A stretch of 25,263 nt of DNA, taken from the NCBI GenBank assembly GCA_963808625.1, contig CAWEHK010000014.1, positions 1-25,263 on the forward strand, written 5' to 3'. The notes under the pieces are model-generated. The model saw nothing but the letters and a program-made list of their open reading frames with translations, was not told the DNA's origin and made no database searches. This document shows, in pieces, positions 19,029-25,263 of the stretch. Origin of the DNA: an uncultured delta proteobacterium (lineage in GTDB: Bacteria; Desulfobacterota; Syntrophobacteria; Syntrophobacterales; Syntrophobacteraceae). Every line of letters begins with the position of its first letter. Positions within the stretch are counted from its first letter, which is position 1. The position numbers were made by a program, and so were the translations under genes.

Positions 19029-20951
<1,923 letters not shown>

Positions 20952-21055
20952 CGGGTTTGCCTCCTATAAGACATTATGCCGTTCTAAGAATTCATAATAT
21001 CTTTTCGATAATCATTCCATGCGCCATGTGCCACTACCCTCTTAGCCGATTGGGC

Positions 21056-21624
21056 TCACTGCGAAGCCTTGGAAACAATCACCATCGCGGGGCGAAGAAG
21101 GCGATCACGCAGCGTATAGCCTTTCTGCAATTCCTGAAGGATGGTTTTTTCGGGATGTTCGGGTGATTCCTGCTGCATGACGGCTTCATGAAAATTGGGA
21201 TCGAAGGTCTTCCCAATCGAATCGAAAGGGACGCAGCCGAATTTGCCAAGAACCTCCCCAAAACTCTTCAATGTCAGTCTCACGCCTTCGAGCAGGCCGC
21301 TGGCAGTTCGGATCTTCTTCGCCATGCTGGAGGGCGCGTTCCAAATTGTCGATGACCGGAAGGAGTCCCCGGATCAAGTCCTTCATTGGCGAAGCTGATG
21401 CTTTCGGACTTGTCTCGTTCCAGGCGCTTGCGCGTGTTTTCCATTTCCGCTGCCATGCGCAGAATGCGATCTTGGAGTTGCTTTATTTCTTCGTCTTTTT
21501 TCGCCAGGATATCTTGGCCTTCTTCTGGTGAAATCTCACTCGGAACAGGAAGCTCTGCGTCATCTCCCCGACGAGGCCCTGCGCCGGGATTGAGGCTTTC
21601 ATCCTGGTCATCTTGCGTAATCAT
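21056..21624 (-). CDS. grpE: Nucleotide exchange factor GrpE (two +1 frameshifts at ~21378 and ~21303)
   Basis: Three consecutive frames give LRMAAEMENTRKR / LLPVIDNLERAL / FDPNFHEAV...ELQKGYTLRDRLLRPAMVIVSK; GGAGG RBS; located between hrcA and dnaK; 188 aa corrected. Confidence 0.95.
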
Positions 21625-21662
21625 CGATGCTAATCCTCCATATAAAAATAGATGAGGGGCCT

Positions 21663-22709
21663 TCAGGGTCCCTCTGGCTCCTCAAGGAGTTGACTTAACA
21701 AGCAGGCGGTAAATTCGACCACGGGAATAATGCGTGAGTAGTCCATCCGCAAGGGGCCGATGACCCCAAGGACCCCCAGTTCGGTATCGCCACGACGATA
21801 CGGAGAGGAAATTAAGCTGATTTCTCCAAGCTCTTCCAGTTCACTCTCGGGGCCCAGGATGATGCTTACCCCCATGGTCGTTCTGAGCGTCATGTCGAGC
21901 AGGCGGATGATTCTTGATTTTTCCTCGAAAGCGTCCAAAATGCGCCGCATCCGCTCGACATCGGCGAACTCGGGATTGTTGAGCAGCTTCGTCTGTCCCT
22001 CGATGTATACCTCGGCGTTCTCGAAGGTCGTTTGAAACGCGCGCTCAGTGATGGCAAGGGCCCGCGAATAGAGTTGATCAAAGAGGATCTTCTCGTTCCG
22101 CATCTCCTCCAGGATGCGCTGTTTGATCTCGCCGAGGGGAACATCCTGCAGGAGTTCGTTTACATAGCGTGCATAGCGGTCCAATTCTTCCTGCCTGATA
22201 TCCTCGTCCACATCCAGGAAACTGTGGTGCACCAATCCCGATTTCGAAATCAGGATGACCGCCACATGGTTGGGGCGCAGCCGGATGAACTCGATGTGTT
22301 TCAGGCGCGTCATGGTCAGTTTCGGCCAGAGCACGACGCCGGCCTGTCCGCAAAACTTGGAGAGGATTCGGGACGTCCGGCGCAGCAGTTCGGTGATATC
22401 TCCCTGCGATTCCCTGAAGGCGCGGCGAATGAGGGCCCGTTCCTCCTTCTCCAATTCTTTAAATTTCATGATGGAGTCAAGATAAAGGCGCAGCCCGCGA
22501 TCGGTTGGAACGCGTCCCGCCGAGGTGTGGGGCTGGTAGAGCAGTCCCAGATCTTCGAGGTCGGCCATAACATTACGAATAGTGGCCGAGCTGACCTTCA
22601 ATCCATAGCGTTTGGAAACGGCACGGGACCCAACCGGTTCCCCGCTTTGGATATAATCGTTGATCACCGCTTCAAGCACCTGCTGATCACGCTTTGGAAG
22701 ATCAATCAC
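21663..22709 (-). CDS. hrcA: Heat-inducible transcription repressor HrcA, 348 aa
   Basis: EPVGSR, SSATIRNVMADLEDLGLLYQPHTSAGRVPTDRGLR, LGVIGPLRMDYSRIIPVV. Confidence 0.98.
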   Translation of the reverse strand: MIDLPKRDQQVLEAVINDYIQSGEPVGSRAVSKRYGLKVSSATIRNVMADLEDLGLLYQPHTSAGRVPTDRGLRLYLDSIMKFKELEKEERALIRRAFRESQGDITELLRRTSRILSKFCGQAGVVLWPKLTMTRLKHIEFIRLRPNHVAVILISKSGLVHHSFLDVDEDIRQEELDRYARYVNELLQDVPLGEIKQRILEEMRNEKILFDQLYSRALAITERAFQTTFENAEVYIEGQTKLLNNPEFADVERMRRILDAFEEKSRIIRLLDMTLRTTMGVSIILGPESELEELGEISLISSPYRRGDTELGVLGVIGPLRMDYSRIIPVVEFTACLLSQLLEEPEGP

Positions 22710-22730
22710 TGGTATGCTCCAGGGAACAAT

Positions 22731-22757
22731 TTAGCACTCGACCATTCCGAGTGCCAG
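22731..22757. promoter_or_regulatory. CIRCE element (HrcA operator)
   Basis: TTAGCACTC-GACCATTCC-GAGTGCCAG versus consensus TTAGCACTC-N9-GAGTGCTAA; 21 nt upstream of the hrcA start. Confidence 0.95.
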
Positions 22758-22760
22758 CCT

Positions 22761-22790
22761 AACCTAGTAATGAACGCGTCTCTTTGTCAA
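22761..22790 (-). promoter_or_regulatory. Putative sigma70 promoter of hrcA-grpE-dnaK
   Basis: TTGACA (22790-22785)-18nt-TAGGTT directly upstream of CIRCE; a second TTGACA at 22798-22793. Confidence 0.55.
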
Positions 22791-22914
22791 TATGTCAAAG
22801 CTATTGCCTGCAAGATTTCGGGCGGGTGCATAGGAAAGAAGGGGAAGGGCGGCGATAACGCTGGGCCTTGAGCGCCGCTTCGGATAGGCTGCGTGGGGAG
22901 GGTGTTTCAGGGAC

Positions 22915-22958
22915 AAAAAAGCCGAAAGAGAGGCTTTGCCGCGATCTCTTCCGGCTTT
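22915..22958 (-). terminator. Rho-independent terminator after the 99-aa gene
   Basis: Minus strand AAAGCCGGAAGAGA...TCTCTTTCGGCTTTTTT. Confidence 0.75.
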
Positions 22959-22988
22959 CGGTGGACCCATTACCGGGCAATCACCCGA

Positions 22989-23288
22989 TTAGTAGCTCTT
23001 CAGGAAGTCGTCCAGAATGTCGATGCTCTTCTTTTGGAGGATGAGGTTGAAGATCTCGTCTTTAACCTTTCTGGGCAGGAGTTCGATGCTCTTGGTCGTG
23101 GCCGAGTCGAATTGGGCGGTCGGGAAAACCTTGAGGATCTTGTCCCTTTGAGCGTCATTGGCATAGACGTAAATAACCTTGAGCCCCGCCATGGCTTCCT
23201 GGGTCATGCCCGCAAGCCCAGCCGCGTTAAGCTTTTCGAAGCGCTCCTCATTTACCCAGAGATTGATGGGACATTTGCCTTCAGCCAT
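22989..23288 (-). CDS. Hypothetical protein, 99 aa
   Basis: AAGGAG RBS, GC-rich third codon positions, own terminator; motifs PINLWVNEER, AGLKVI, D.ATTKSIELLP. Confidence 0.85.
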   Translation of the reverse strand: MAEGKCPINLWVNEERFEKLNAAGLAGMTQEAMAGLKVIYVYANDAQRDKILKVFPTAQFDSATTKSIELLPRKVKDEIFNLILQKKSIDILDDFLKSY

Positions 23289-23311
23289 CGTTGCTTACTC
23301 CTTCCTTTTGC

Positions 23312-23461
23312 CTAGAGGGGAAGAATAGAGAAAACGGGGATGCGCTCTGAGGTGTTCATCCGGTCGACGAACGGGGAGCCGAACCCGTGCTTCTCCGCAC
23401 ATTCCATCGTCAGATCAAACACCTCGGTGCGGAAGATGAGCCGCGGGGGCTTGACGCCGTC
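23312..23461 (-). pseudogene. sat: Probable C-terminal remnant of sulfate adenylyltransferase (Archaeoglobus-type Sat)
   Basis: DGVKPPRLIFRTEVFDLTMECAEKHGFGSPFVDR resembles the Sat C-terminus as I recall it from Archaeoglobus (EGV.PPR...RPEVY...PFVNR); the catalytic domain is absent. Not database-verified. Confidence 0.6.
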
Positions 23462-23676
23462 ACACTCCTCACTTATCTGCTGAAGGAGAACCTGCCCGTC
23501 GAAGTCCGCCCTCACCCGATTCGTTAGACTCTCGTTGGAAAGTGTCCGGGTGGTGAGTCGTCATTATTAGTTGTTATTAAAAGTCAAGAAGGTATTATCT
23601 GGAGGTCATCTTTAGCCCGGAAAAGCTTTATGGTTTTACTTAGATTGAATCTTTTATAAAATAATTGGATTTTATC

Positions 23677-24663
23677 ATGACATCCTCAGATTTTTCTCAA
23701 GAATCACTACAAGAACTCACTTCTAAATGGTTATCTCAAAAGCCGGGTCAGCGCTTTAAAGTGTACAAAGATACAACCGATTTTTTCCGTATCGAATATG
23801 GTGATATTGTTATCCTTGATGGAAATCCTTTTCTGATTCGCCATAATGCGAAAGAAGGGCGTTTTGGACTTGATGAGGAAGAGAAGTTTTGGGTTAAGCG
23901 TTCAATTGATTTACGTTCAGGAATGACAAAAATCATTAAACTTGTGTTTTTCGAAAAGTTTAATGCACGTATTGGCGAAATAGAATTTGAATGCTTCCGA
24001 AGCCCTCGAAAAGAAGCTCGTATCCTCAATCTAGTAAAAGATCTTCCCAATTTCATGCAAGGTTATTCTGTACAAGATGATCATGAAAACATTGTTCGCA
24101 TTCTTGAATTTATCTATGGGATATCATTAGCAGAACACATCAGAGAAATCGCAATGACCATGAATCATGAGACGTATTTTTATCAATATTTTCCAAAAGT
24201 ATTAGATAATTATATTCTTTGTGTCGAAGGTATTCGTTTCCTTCATGATCATGGTGAAAAACATGGAGACATCCGAAGAGATCATATTCTGATTGACCGA
24301 GAAAGTGGACAATACCGATGGATTGATTATGATTACAATGTCCGTCATAGAGAAAATATGTATGGCTATGATCTGTTTGGTCTTGGAAATGTTTTGATGT
24401 ATTTAGTAGGTATGGGAGATATTGTATATCAGGATTTGAAAAGGTCGAATCACCCTTCACTTGATCAGTTAATAGAAGATGATGTTAACATTGTCTTCAA
24501 CAACCGAATTGCCAACCTTAAAAAAGTATATTCTTATATTCCAGATAGTTTAAACCGAATCCTGATGCACTTCTCAAAAGGAGCTAACGTATTTTATGAT
24601 CATACGAATCAATTAATTGATGATCTCCGCGAGGTTCAATCAACCTTTCCAAAACCAGCATAA
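23677..24663 (+). CDS. Atypical Ser/Thr protein kinase-like protein, 328 aa (AT-rich)
   Basis: GRFG loop, KIIK (beta3 Lys), KEARIL (alphaC Glu), LEFIYG hinge, HGDIRRDHI catalytic loop, WIDYDY in place of DFG, YDLFGLG (subdomain IX). Confidence 0.85.
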   Translation: MTSSDFSQESLQELTSKWLSQKPGQRFKVYKDTTDFFRIEYGDIVILDGNPFLIRHNAKEGRFGLDEEEKFWVKRSIDLRSGMTKIIKLVFFEKFNARIGEIEFECFRSPRKEARILNLVKDLPNFMQGYSVQDDHENIVRILEFIYGISLAEHIREIAMTMNHETYFYQYFPKVLDNYILCVEGIRFLHDHGEKHGDIRRDHILIDRESGQYRWIDYDYNVRHRENMYGYDLFGLGNVLMYLVGMGDIVYQDLKRSNHPSLDQLIEDDVNIVFNNRIANLKKVYSYIPDSLNRILMHFSKGANVFYDHTNQLIDDLREVQSTFPKPA

Positions 24664-24784
24664 GAAGAAGCATAAGAACAAGCAATGGATTTTTCTTATG
24701 AAATTTGCCTGATATGCTGACATAGAATATTGAACAAGTAAGATATGTTGTTTCATTGTATTGTTATAAAAGGAATTGAAAGAA

Positions 24785-25247
24785 ATGAGCTTTGAAGTAA
24801 ATCGAAACATTCTAATCGCTGTGGATGAATCTGAAAATGCACAGCGCGCAGTAACGTATGTTGGGAAACTCTTAGGAGGAATTAAAGGGTTTAAAGTTAC
24901 AGTGTTGCATGTTATTAGTGAGCCTGAAGAAGACTATTTTCAAATAGAATGCTGATAAAGACCAATGGTACAATGAATATCGTCAGAAGGTTGATCAGAT
25001 GCTTGATAAGTATCGCAATATTTTAATTGATGCAGGATTTCACCCTGAAGATGTATCAACCCATTCAACTATCCGATATTGCCCTTCAATGGCAGAATGT
25101 ATTCTTGCAGAAAAAGATAATACCGAATATAGTACCTTAGTCGTCGGAAGAAAAGGACTTACTTATACAGAAGAATTTGTATTCGGAAGCGTTTCAGGAA
25201 AAATCGTCAGAACTGCAAAAAACTGTACGGTATGGGTGGTTCAATAG
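24785..25247 (+). CDS. Universal stress protein, UspA family (one +1 frameshift at ~24950)
   Basis: NILIAVDESENAQRAV, VTVLHVI, then next frame TLVVGRKGL...FVFGSVSGKIVRTAKNCTVWVV; AAGGA RBS; 153 aa corrected. Confidence 0.92.
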
Positions 25248-25263
25248 CTCTGGTAGCTGCAGA

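Noticed and set aside
21290..21390. Programmed frameshifting in grpE
   Set aside because: No slippery heptamer, two shifts would be needed, and the same +1 pattern occurs in unrelated genes.
23349..23515. tmRNA-like GGACTTCGACGGG and interleaved 7-8-bp helices (pseudoknot-like) on the minus strand
   Set aside because: No T-arm/CCA end or tag frame; the region is better explained as a coding remnant, and short helices are expected by chance at this GC content.
24950..24958. TGC-TGA in the USP gene as selenocysteine recoding
   Set aside because: TGA is immediately followed by TAA, and USP homology continues in another frame.

Overview
A GC-rich bacterial chromosomal segment. Gene content and intergenic palindromes suggest Desulfobacterota, probably Syntrophobacteraceae-like (inference). 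The core is housekeeping: SpmA/B-type membrane protein, tRNA-Arg(ACG), murJ, a K+ channel with RCK domains, crotonase plus acyl-CoA dehydrogenase, a divergent bS21 next to a stand-alone EF-G paralog, an MltD-like transglycosylase, cobO, an FmdB zinc-ribbon gene, an LppC/LpoA-like lipoprotein, and the CIRCE-regulated hrcA-grpE-dnaK operon. Five genes carry six clear single-base (+1) frameshifts (two in grpE), with a possible seventh in the channel gene; these are most likely long-read errors. The two ends are more unusual. At the left, a three-gene block (16-Cys secreted protein, macrodomain protein, transglycosylase-like lipoprotein lacking motif II) is bracketed by a 48-bp imperfect direct repeat and followed by gene debris. 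An integrase relic lies beside the tRNA. At the right, an apparent 3' remnant of an Archaeoglobus-type ATP sulfurylase precedes a 99-aa orphan gene and ends near an abrupt switch to an AT-rich segment encoding an atypical kinase and a universal stress protein. No CRISPR array, rRNA or intact mobile element was found. I cannot establish a novel system from sequence alone; the findings list the best candidates.
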